DNA of 64,000 nucleotides from Dehalococcoidia bacterium (GTDB lineage Bacteria; Chloroflexota; Dehalococcoidia; SHYD01): NCBI GenBank assembly GCA_009692945.1, contig SHYD01000002.1, positions 25,027 to 89,026 of the forward strand, read 5' to 3'. Shown piece by piece: positions 52,999 to 61,050 of this stretch (position 1 is its first letter; each line of letters starts with the position of its first letter). The notes under the pieces were generated by a model. It saw only the letters and a program-made list of their open reading frames with translations, ran no database searches and was not told where the DNA came from. The position numbers and the translations under genes were made by a program.

Positions 52999-54323
52999 GG
53001 CAAGATAACCACCTGTTTGTGATGGTCGCCGATGGGGACCGGTGTCGCCTCCGGGACGGTGAGCACCGGCTCGCCCGCTAAGATGCGGCGCTCGGCCTCA
53101 CGGTAGAGGTCGAGCAGGCCGGGCAGCATCGGGCTGAAGCGCTCGTAGGCCGAGCCCAGCGAGATGCGCCCGCTCATCGCCATCGCGGTGCGGGAGGTGT
53201 AGGTGGCGTCGATGGCCTCCTGGGGCACGTCGATCTGCCGGTTCCTGGCGGGGTCGCGGTAGACCTCTATCGGTTCCTCGCCCCGCTCCACCCGCTCGAT
53301 CTGCTCCTTGAGCAGTTCGCGATACATGGTGATGCCCACGTCGGACTGGCCCAGATGCTCCAGTTCGCGGGCAGCAACCGGCCCCTGACTGGCCCAGGCG
53401 AAGAAGTCCTGCACCAGCAGGATCTCGTTCATGTACTTGCCCTCGGCATCGGTGAGCGGGATCTCGTAAACCGGCACCGAGGTCTGGGGCGGGATGGGCA
53501 GGCCGGTCACGTAGACCTGGTAGATGATGTGGAGGGTGTGGGTGTCGTCCACCGGGACGCGGTACTGAAAGCCGGTGCCGGAGCGGAGGATATTGGGGAA
53601 CACCACGGGGTGGCCCACCCGCCAAGCGTCGTGCTCCTCGGTGTGGCCTTCCACCACCCGCCGCTTGACGATGCCGTGCTCGAAGCGGTCGAACCCGATC
53701 TTCTTGTGGCGGCCGGCGCTGCGAGGCGCCATGGGCAGCCCCTTGCGGGCCCAGATGTAGTCGAGGTAGTAGCCGTGGAGCCATTCCACGTGGACCGGGT
53801 CCATGGAGTTCTCCATGCACTGCACCCAGTTGCAGGGGATCATGGTGACGCCGATGTGGCGCATCACGTTGTCCCACACCAACAGGTCGTAGCGGGGCAG
53901 CAGCGGCGCCGGGTCGGGGCCCAGGTAGGCGAAGATGAGCCCGCCCAACTCCTCGGCCTTGTACGCCTTGGTTGTAACGCGGTCCTTGAATGTGCTGTTC
54001 CAGGGTTCGGCGGGCTGCTCGGTGCAGCGGCCCTCGTGGTTGAACAGCCAGCCGTGGTAGGGGCAGCGCAGCCCCTCCTGCTCCGGGATGCCGTACTCCA
54101 TGGAGACGCGGCGGTGCGGGCATGGCTCGTCGATGAGTCCGAGGTTGCCCGACCGGTCGCGGTAGAGCACCAGGTCCTCGCCCAGCAGCCGCACCTTCTT
54201 GACCGGGTTCTCCTCCAACTCGGCGGCAGGCGCGATGGGGTACCAGTAGTAGCGCAGCAGCCGGCCGCCGGGGGTGCTGGCGCCAACCTGGGTCAGCAGT
54301 TCGTTAACTTCCTTGGTCAACAT
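52995..54323 (-). CDS. Rieske [2Fe-2S] non-heme-iron oxygenase alpha subunit (cassette B)
   Basis: 'CPHRRVSMEYG...CPYHGWLF'. Iron site 'ENSMDPVHVEWLH'. Confidence 0.8.
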   Translation of the reverse strand: MLTKEVNELLTQVGASTPGGRLLRYYWYPIAPAAELEENPVKKVRLLGEDLVLYRDRSGNLGLIDEPCPHRRVSMEYGIPEQEGLRCPYHGWLFNHEGRCTEQPAEPWNSTFKDRVTTKAYKAEELGGLIFAYLGPDPAPLLPRYDLLVWDNVMRHIGVTMIPCNWVQCMENSMDPVHVEWLHGYYLDYIWARKGLPMAPRSAGRHKKIGFDRFEHGIVKRRVVEGHTEEHDAWRVGHPVVFPNILRSGTGFQYRVPVDDTHTLHIIYQVYVTGLPIPPQTSVPVYEIPLTDAEGKYMNEILLVQDFFAWASQGPVAARELEHLGQSDVGITMYRELLKEQIERVERGEEPIEVYRDPARNRQIDVPQEAIDATYTSRTAMAMSGRISLGSAYERFSPMLPGLLDLYREAERRILAGEPVLTVPEATPVPIGDHHKQVVILP

Positions 54324-54338
54324 CGCTTTTCCTCCTGC

Positions 54339-55508
54339 CTATCTCTTTGCCGCGCCCGCTGCCACCGCTGCCGGAATCGGCAGCTCATAGAGTTCGCAGA
54401 CATTCCCCACCGTCATGGCCGTCCGGTCCGATTCCGGCACGCCCTCGAAAATGCCGTCCAGCACCTGCTGAGAGTTGGGCCAGATGGAGTCGTGGTGCGG
54501 GTAGTCGTTGCCCCACATCAACGTCTTTACGCCGATCAGGTCGCGGCTGATCACCCCCACCCGGTCGTCCTCGTAGGTGGCGTAGAACTGGCGGCGCCAG
54601 TACTCACTGGGCTTCAGGTCCAGCTCCGGTGGGGCGTCGGCCCGGCTGCGGTAGAGCGCATGGTCCAAGCGGTCCAACCAGTGGGCCAGCCACCCGGTGT
54701 TCCACTCGGCGGCAATGAACTTCAGGTCCGGGAAGCGGTGCGCCACGCCCTGGCAGATGAGGTCGGTGATGGTGAATTGGATGATCGTGGCGGCGCTGGC
54801 GTAGCTGGTGATGTTGTCCACGCCCCGCATGCCGTTGACGCCTTCGTGGGCGCCGGTGAAGATGTGCATACCAAGCGGGATCCGGGCCTCCTGGGCGGCG
54901 GACCACACCCGGTCGTAAGCCGGGTCGTGGTAGGGGCGGCCGCCGGGCGGGGTGCAGGGGATGCAGGCGCCGCGGAACCCCAGTTTGATGACCCGTTCCA
55001 GTTCGACCGCGGCGGCGGGAGGGTCCTGCATCGGCAGCAGCGCGAGGCCTAGCAGCCGGTGCGGCGCAACGGCGGTGTAGCTGCCGATCCAGTCGTTGTA
55101 GCTGCGGAACGCCTCCAGCAGCACCTCGTTATCGGGAAGGCCGAAGACGCGAAAGTAGAGGCTGGGGTAGAGCACCTCGAACCCTACGCCGTCCGAGTCC
55201 TGCTCCTTCACACGCTCCCGGGCGTCGAACACCCCCGGGCGCAGCCCGGCGTAGCCGAGCTTGATGCGCCGCTGGGTCTCGGGATCATCCAGCCGCATCC
55301 CGGCGATCCCAAGGCGGCCGACGGGGACACCGGCGTGGCGGGCGCTGAACCGGGCGCCGGTGGTCACGCCCGGTGCAACGATGAAATCACCCCATTCCGG
55401 GTCGTGCACGAGGCGGGGAGCGCGCTCACCGAAGCGGCGTTCCAGGGCGTTGAACAGCTCGGGCGGCTCAACCACGTGCGAATCGGCGGAGTAAGCGGGC
55501 TGTCCCAT
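54339..55508 (-). CDS. amidohydrolase-2 family protein (ACMSD/decarboxylase-like)
   Basis: 'YSADSHVVEPPELF' and 'WGNDYPHHDSIW'. Confidence 0.75.
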   Translation of the reverse strand: MGQPAYSADSHVVEPPELFNALERRFGERAPRLVHDPEWGDFIVAPGVTTGARFSARHAGVPVGRLGIAGMRLDDPETQRRIKLGYAGLRPGVFDARERVKEQDSDGVGFEVLYPSLYFRVFGLPDNEVLLEAFRSYNDWIGSYTAVAPHRLLGLALLPMQDPPAAAVELERVIKLGFRGACIPCTPPGGRPYHDPAYDRVWSAAQEARIPLGMHIFTGAHEGVNGMRGVDNITSYASAATIIQFTITDLICQGVAHRFPDLKFIAAEWNTGWLAHWLDRLDHALYRSRADAPPELDLKPSEYWRRQFYATYEDDRVGVISRDLIGVKTLMWGNDYPHHDSIWPNSQQVLDGIFEGVPESDRTAMTVGNVCELYELPIPAAVAAGAAKR

Positions 55509-55552
55509 GTCGCCTCCTTGGTGCGTCCGGAGCGGCCAGCGCCCCGGCGGTG

Positions 55553-55990
55553 TTAGATCCGTTCGAGGACGATCAAAGGGATCTCCCGCTCGGTCTTGGC
55601 CTGATAGTCGTCGTAGGCGGGCCAGATGCCGGCCATGATCGTCCAGAGGCGGGGTTTCTCGCTGGAACCTGCGGTGCTGGCACGGGCCTGGAAGACTTCA
55701 TCCTTGACCTGGACGGTGACCTCGGGGTTGCCGGTCAGGTTCAGGTACCAGAGCGGATGTTTGGGAGAGCCGCCATAGGAAGCCACCAGCAGGTAGCGTC
55801 CGGCGTCCTCGCCGAAGATCAGGGCGTTGCGCCTCAGCTTCCCGGTCCGCCGGCCGCGGCTGGTCAGGATGAGCGTGGGCGCTCCCCGCCAGAGGTAGCC
55901 GTCCTCACCGGCGGTCTCCACGTAGCGCTGGGTGTGCTTGGCCACCCAGTCTCTGGCGCTGTCCAGCACCTCTTCTTGTTGTTGCGTCAA
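55553..55990 (-). CDS. deazaflavin (F420)-dependent nitroreductase-family protein (DDN/PF04075-like)
   Basis: 'LTSRGRRTGKLRRNALIFGEDAGRYLLVASYGGSPKHPLWYLNL' and 'REIPLIVLE'. TTG 55990 has a GGAGG RBS. The ORF maximum reaches 56212. Confidence 0.7.
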   Translation of the reverse strand: MTQQQEEVLDSARDWVAKHTQRYVETAGEDGYLWRGAPTLILTSRGRRTGKLRRNALIFGEDAGRYLLVASYGGSPKHPLWYLNLTGNPEVTVQVKDEVFQARASTAGSSEKPRLWTIMAGIWPAYDDYQAKTEREIPLIVLERI

Positions 55991-56093
55991 ATCAGCCTCC
56001 GACCGTGGGTCGAATCGGTTTCCCGCATTGTACGCGGTTGGGGCCCAAGGCGCACGCCTATCGGCGATAGGTCGATGGGTAGGTGCCCATACT

Positions 56094-56564
56094 TCACCCG
56101 TCCTGCACCGTCCGGATGGGGAACCGTTGCATGCCTGATTCGAGCCTGTCCGCGAAGCGCCGTAACTCCTCGGGTGTCGGCGTGAACTCGATGATGACGT
56201 CATCAAAGTCATCGGAACCGCGCAGTTCTGGTGGGCGGAGCTCGTAATTCAACAGGGCGCTGAACTTGGTCATGTCTTCCACCTGTTCGCGCTCGAAGGC
56301 CAGGCGGGGCTCAATGAAGGAGATATCTAGGGAACAGTCAGATGCCCGTTCCGCCACCCCACGGAGCCATTCGGCCAACTCATGCACCTCCCATGTAAGC
56401 AGGGACGCGTGGGATGCGGTCCAACTGCGTCCATCGGCGACAACGGTGATCCGGATCATGAGCCAATTCGCGTCATAGCGGTCGCCGACGATCGAAGGGA
56501 ACTCGTAACCGATGATTTCGAGTTCCAAGAAGTGCTCGGGAGACTTTGTCAGTCGGGCTGGCAT
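56094..56564 (-). CDS. hypothetical protein resembling polymorphic-toxin immunity proteins (WapI-like)
   Basis: 'FLELEIIGYEFPSIVGDRYDANWLMIRITVVADGRSWTASHASLLTWEVHELAEWL'. By eye it has lower GC than its neighbours. The family call is from memory only. Confidence 0.45.
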   Translation of the reverse strand: MPARLTKSPEHFLELEIIGYEFPSIVGDRYDANWLMIRITVVADGRSWTASHASLLTWEVHELAEWLRGVAERASDCSLDISFIEPRLAFEREQVEDMTKFSALLNYELRPPELRGSDDFDDVIIEFTPTPEELRRFADRLESGMQRFPIRTVQDG

Positions 56565-56660
56565 GAACTTGTCACCATTGAGTCGGTTGTTGCGTTTTGA
56601 AAGGAATATGACCGCGCTTCCGGGATTGAGTGCCGCCTGTCTCTCCTGGATGCCGCGTAA

Positions 56661-56690
56661 TTGACAATCTGGAAGACCGTGCCATAGTAT
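56661..56690 (+). promoter_or_regulatory. candidate promoter of the racemase/SBP module
   Basis: Perfect TTGACA, 18-nt spacer, TAGTAT, in an AT-richer gap 73 nt before ATG 56763. Confidence 0.4.
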
Positions 56691-56762
56691 GCAGCCGTCT
56701 GAGCCCCTGGCGCCACTAGGTTCGGCGCTCGTTCCAGGATAGACCCTTGAGAGGTAATCGGA

Positions 56763-57497
56763 ATGATGCGTGTCATGTGTATGCTGCCGGCGGGCGAAGG
56801 CGTCTACCCCGAGGTGGCGGCCAAACGCCGCCTGGAGGTCATGGAGTCGTACGCGACTCCGGACATCGAGATCACCGCCGAGTACATGCCCGGTGTCTCC
56901 GGCTTCTCTCCCTGGGGCGGCAAGGGCGGCCCGGAGGGCAACATCCTCACGCCGGCCAACAGCCTGGCGGCCGACCTGGCCCAGAAGGCGGAACGGGAGG
57001 GATACGACGCGTTCTGTCCCTACGGGATGCTGGACATCGGCGTCAAGGAGGCCCGCAGGCGGGGCGTAAAAATCCCGGTGGTGGGGCAGTCCGAAGCCGC
57101 CATTCTCCACTGCGCCATGTTGGGCCGCCGGTTCGCCAGTTGCTCCTATATGCCGGGCATCGGCGACCTGGTGCGCAGTGAGGCGGCAGCCCTCGGCCTT
57201 GAACACCTCTATGTGGCCGATACCGCCATCGGTATCCCGAACTCGGAGTATCCCGAGCGCCGCCAGGAGGTTCTGGAAAACTTTGTACGATGCACCCGGG
57301 AGGCGCGCGAGCAGGGCGCCGAGATCATGGGGTGGATCGCGATGTCGATCTGTCCCGGCGAGTTTCCGGCCAAGGAGTTGTCGGCAGCCTCCGGGTTCCC
57401 GGTGCTCGACGCCCTGGCGGGGCAGATCGCGATGGCCTCCTGGTTTCATCGGACCGGGCTCCCGTTCAGCCTGCTGCGGACCGGCCGCAATGCGTAA
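56763..57497 (+). CDS. Asp/Glu/hydantoin racemase-family protein, paralog 1
   Basis: 'YDAFCPYGMLDIGV', 'IPVVGQSEAAILHC' and 'GWIAMSICPG'. Paralog of 59254..59982. Confidence 0.7.
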   Translation: MMRVMCMLPAGEGVYPEVAAKRRLEVMESYATPDIEITAEYMPGVSGFSPWGGKGGPEGNILTPANSLAADLAQKAEREGYDAFCPYGMLDIGVKEARRRGVKIPVVGQSEAAILHCAMLGRRFASCSYMPGIGDLVRSEAAALGLEHLYVADTAIGIPNSEYPERRQEVLENFVRCTREAREQGAEIMGWIAMSICPGEFPAKELSAASGFPVLDALAGQIAMASWFHRTGLPFSLLRTGRNA

Positions 57498-57533
57498 GTT
57501 GTCCCGCCGTTTAAGAGCACAGAATGGAGGCCG

Positions 57534-59198
57534 ATGGTGACTAGCACATTCAGGTGGCGGACGATGAGGGGGAGCTTTGGCGCGTTGTTGTTCGTCGGCG
57601 CCATGCTGACAGGCTGTGCTGGGAGCGCCCCTCGATCGGACACGCTTCCCGGCGTCCCCGCGGCGACTCCCGGAGGCCAGCCCCAGTACGGCGGGACCTT
57701 CTACCTCACCACCAACACCGCCCCCAACAGCCAGCACCCCCATTCCGACCCGACGCTGGGCAATTTCATCACCAACGCCCCTATCTACGAGACGCTGGTC
57801 AAATACGACTGGTCGGGCGATTACCGGGACCAATATAAAATCCTCCCGTGGCTGGCTGAAAAATGGGAGCGGACGGACCCGGTGACCTACCTGTTCCATC
57901 TCAGGAAGGGCGTCAAGTTCCACGATGGCAGCGACATGACCGCCGCGGACGTGGTGTGGAGCCTCGAGTACCTGCGGGACCCGGCGAACCGGTTCCGGTT
58001 CTCCGCGCTGTTGGTGGACCTCGACAAGATTTCGGCCGACGACCCCTACACCATCCGCATGACCACCAAGGGCCCCTCGGCGGCGTTCCTCGACAACCTG
58101 GCGGACCGTTACGTGGTTGTGCTCTCCAAGCAGGCCTTCGACAAGGGCATGAACCTGGAAAAGGAGAGCAATGGCACCGGTGGGTTCAAGATCCAGACTT
58201 GGGACCGCCAAAAGGGCGCCACATTGGTGAAGAACCCGCAGTATTGGACGCCGGGACGGCCTTACCTGGACAAGATCCAGTTCTTCTACGGGTTCGACGC
58301 GGCGGCGGCCATCGCGGCATTCGCCGCCCGCAAGAACGATGTGGTCAAAGTGGGCGACAAGGCCCAATACGACGCCATTAAGGCGACGAGCCCTGATGCC
58401 GTCGGTGAAAGTTTCCCTCAGACCATTTCTGACCATGTGTTTCCCAAGGTCGATGTTCCTCCCTTCAATGACCCGAGGGTGCGCAAGGCAATGCATCTCG
58501 CCATCGATCGCGGCGAAATGCTCAGCACATTGTCTTACGGGCTCGGCACGCTCAACCCCCCGGGGATGAACGGCGCTCGCAAGGGCGGTTGGTCGATCGC
58601 TCAGGAGGAGTTGAAGCAACTGCCCGGGTACCGGCTCCCCAAGGACGCCGACCTCGCCGAAGCTAGGCGGCTGCTGGCTGAGGCCGGTCACGCGGGCGGC
58701 CTCAAGGCGACCATGATGTATGACGCAGGCTTCACCCGCTACCCGGGCGAGGCCCAGATGGTGGTGAGCCACCTGGCCAAGGTGGGCATCCAACTCACCC
58801 TCGACCCACGTGAGACGGCGACTGCCCAAAAAGCGATCAGAGACGGCGACTATGCAATGACTTTCGCCCAGTTCCAATATCCCGCCGAGACCGATTGGTC
58901 TTCATTGCTCCACTCGAAGGGCTCGCAGGCCAAATCGGGCATCAAAGACCCGGAGCTCGACCGGTTGATCGAGCAGCCGTACCGAGAACTGGACGTGGAG
59001 AAGCGAAAGCAGAATTGGATCGCGGTGCAGCGGTACCTGCTGGACAAGCTCTATGTCATTCCGCTGATCACCCAGGTGGGCTTCCTGGCCACCCAGCCCT
59101 ATGTGCACGGCTGGGGCGACAACCGGGCGGGACAGGCGGTGAACCAGTCGTTCGAGAGCACCTGGTTCGACACGGGGAAGGCTCCTTCGGAGCGGTGA
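57534..59198 (+). CDS. ABC-transporter substrate-binding lipoprotein, family 5 (peptide/nickel type)
   Basis: Lipobox 'AMLTGC'. 'WLAEKWERTDPVTYLFHLRKGVKFHDGS' is typical of family 5. No adjacent permease or ATPase. Confidence 0.8.
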   Translation: MVTSTFRWRTMRGSFGALLFVGAMLTGCAGSAPRSDTLPGVPAATPGGQPQYGGTFYLTTNTAPNSQHPHSDPTLGNFITNAPIYETLVKYDWSGDYRDQYKILPWLAEKWERTDPVTYLFHLRKGVKFHDGSDMTAADVVWSLEYLRDPANRFRFSALLVDLDKISADDPYTIRMTTKGPSAAFLDNLADRYVVVLSKQAFDKGMNLEKESNGTGGFKIQTWDRQKGATLVKNPQYWTPGRPYLDKIQFFYGFDAAAAIAAFAARKNDVVKVGDKAQYDAIKATSPDAVGESFPQTISDHVFPKVDVPPFNDPRVRKAMHLAIDRGEMLSTLSYGLGTLNPPGMNGARKGGWSIAQEELKQLPGYRLPKDADLAEARRLLAEAGHAGGLKATMMYDAGFTRYPGEAQMVVSHLAKVGIQLTLDPRETATAQKAIRDGDYAMTFAQFQYPAETDWSSLLHSKGSQAKSGIKDPELDRLIEQPYRELDVEKRKQNWIAVQRYLLDKLYVIPLITQVGFLATQPYVHGWGDNRAGQAVNQSFESTWFDTGKAPSER

Positions 59199-59232
59199 GC
59201 CGGCTATACCAGCTGCCGGATCGCTGAGCCAC

Positions 59233-60792
59233 TTAAAACTGCTTGGAGGACGAATGAAGATCCTTTGTATGATGCCCGCCGCAAAAGGGGTGTATCCCCC
59301 CGAAGCGGAGGAACGGCGCATTGCCGTGATGAAGTCCTATGCCACGGCCGCCACCCAGATCGATGTCGACTACATGCCCGACGTTTCGGGGTTCTCGCCC
59401 TGGGGCGGGCTGGGTGGCCCGCTGGAGGCGGACAAGATGGCCCGCGCCCACGAATTCAGCGCGCAACGGGCGGTGCAGGCGGAGAAAGACGGCTACGACG
59501 CCTTCTGTCCCTACGGACTGCTCGACATCGGGGTGCTGGAGGCGCGCAAGCGGGTCAGTATCCCGGTGGTGGGGCAGGCCGAGGCCGCGATGCTGCACTG
59601 CGCCATGCTGGGGCAGCCCTTCGCGAGCTGCTCTTACATGCCGGGCAACGAGGATCATACGCGGGCGCATGCCGCGTCGTTGGGACTTGAGAAGTCGTTG
59701 GTGGCGATCACCGCGATCGGCATCCCGAACTCCGAGTACCCGCAGCGGCGCAAGGAGCTCGTCGAGCAGTTCGTGCGCTGTACCCGGGAGGCGCGCGACC
59801 AGGGAGCGGCGTTGATGGGGTATGTGGCGATGTCGATCTGTCCCGGCGGGGTCCCGGCGGCCGAGCTCTCGGCGGCGTCGGGCTTCCCGGTGTTGGATGC
59901 GTTGGCCTGTCAGATTGCGACCGCTGAGTGGTGGCACCGGACTGGGCTCCCGACCAGCCTGCTGCGGTCGCCCCGAGCCTGATTCGGAGAGCACCATGTC
60001 GTACTGGATGAGGAACTGTCCTTCGACCTCAGCCCAGTAGGGGAGCGTCGAATGCAGGTAGTGGACGGCGGGCCGGTCGTTGGGGTCGGGGTAGATGGTC
60101 GCGGTGTAGCTGACCGCGGCGGCCCTGGTGGGGTCGTCGTGGTACCAGACGAACATCTGGGTGATGTTGTCCTCGGTGAAGCCGGCCATGCGGAACAGGT
60201 CGCCGTTCAGCTCCCGGCAGAGTTCGGCCTGCCTGAGCGCTGTCTCCCCCATCGTGCGGTTGGCGGCATACATGCCGTAGGTGGGGCCGGTAAAGAGGAT
60301 ATCTCCGACATTGGCGCCGAAGGGCATGAAGCCGGGGATGGCGGAGCCGCCGGTGTGATAGACGGTGGAGTTGACCTCGTAGGCGCGGCGGGCGCCGGTC
60401 TTTACACCCACGATCTCGATGCGGTAGTGCTGGCCGGGGTCGAGCTGGCGGCTGAGGGCGTGACGGGCGGGACGGCTCTGGGGGTTGGGGAACCAGCGCT
60501 CCCAGTGGGGGTTGACCGGCGAGATCTGGGTGTAGCGGTCGGGAGCCCAGATGAACCAGTGGGCGACCTGGTCCTTGGAGTAGCCCGCTTCAGCAAGGAT
60601 GATCTCCAGGCGATCGTAGGCGAGGGCGGCCTGCTCCTCGTTGGTCGCGGGGAGGTCGCCGGTGACCGGGTCGGCGCCGGCGATGCCGCCGGTGAAGAGC
60701 ATGTCGCCCACCACGACGGCTTCCGGGACCAGGTGGTGCTGGGTGCTGTCCTGGGTGGTGGGGCCGGGGAGGTAGATGGGCTTGCGGGGCAT
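59233..60792 (-). CDS. tandem RidA/YjgF-like protein; recognisable part about 60000..60792, frame open to 59233
   Basis: Two RidA-like halves ('AVVVGDMLFTGGIAGADPVTG...YRIEIVGV' and 'GANVGDILFTGPTYG...AEVEGQFLIQYDMV'). GGAGG RBS before ATG 60792. No stop codon until 59233. Confidence 0.55.
   Translation of the reverse strand: MPRKPIYLPGPTTQDSTQHHLVPEAVVVGDMLFTGGIAGADPVTGDLPATNEEQAALAYDRLEIILAEAGYSKDQVAHWFIWAPDRYTQISPVNPHWERWFPNPQSRPARHALSRQLDPGQHYRIEIVGVKTGARRAYEVNSTVYHTGGSAIPGFMPFGANVGDILFTGPTYGMYAANRTMGETALRQAELCRELNGDLFRMAGFTEDNITQMFVWYHDDPTRAAAVSYTATIYPDPNDRPAVHYLHSTLPYWAEVEGQFLIQYDMVLSESGSGRPQQAGREPSPVPPLSGRNLTGQRIQHREARRRRELGRRDPAGTDRHRHIPHQRRSLVARLPGTAHELLDELLAPLRVLGVRDADRGDRHQRLLKSQRRGMRPRMILVARHVRAAREGLPQHGAVQHRGLGLPHHRDTDPLARLQHPDVEQSVGTEGVVAVFLRLHRPLRAEFVGAGHLVRLQRATQPAPGREPRNVGHVVDIDLGGGRGIGLHHGNAPFLRFGGIHPFCGGHHTKDLHSSSKQF
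59254..59982 (+). CDS. Asp/Glu/hydantoin racemase-family protein, paralog 2
   Basis: 'YDAFCPYGLLDIGV', 'IPVVGQAEAAMLHC' and 'GYVAMSICPG'. GGAGGA RBS. Confidence 0.7.
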   Translation: MKILCMMPAAKGVYPPEAEERRIAVMKSYATAATQIDVDYMPDVSGFSPWGGLGGPLEADKMARAHEFSAQRAVQAEKDGYDAFCPYGLLDIGVLEARKRVSIPVVGQAEAAMLHCAMLGQPFASCSYMPGNEDHTRAHAASLGLEKSLVAITAIGIPNSEYPQRRKELVEQFVRCTREARDQGAALMGYVAMSICPGGVPAAELSAASGFPVLDALACQIATAEWWHRTGLPTSLLRSPRA

Positions 60793-60917
60793 GGGGGACC
60801 TCCGATGGGGACTGCGGGGGCGCCTTTTGGGACAGGATAGCACACCGCCGGGGGCGGGTTGTGCGTGCTGGTGGGCCGGTTGGGGCGGCGGGCGCTGGAA
60901 CTCGTGGTGCGGCACAA

Positions 60918-61050
60918 CCCCAAACCCCCTCGAGGGGGTTCATGGTACCCCTACGGGGTAAATTATTGAGAGGCGGGGGAACATCCCCCGCACCCCTTGG
61001 CAAGGGGCTGCCGCCCCCTGCACTCCCGCTCGGCCCGTACTCCATTCCCG
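60918..61050 (+). repeat. divergent type 1-like GC-hairpin repeat
   Basis: CCCCCTCGAGGGGG, TACCCC-TA-CGGGGTA, GGGGGAACATCCCCC and CAAGGGGCTGCCGCCCCCTGCACTCCC. Confidence 0.55.

Noticed and set aside
56565-58877. Upstream 770 codons of the 927-aa minus-strand ORF 56094..58877
   Set aside because: This part is antisense to the racemase paralog and the family-5 SBP gene. Only the last 156 codons (56094..56564) have protein-like composition and their own ATG.
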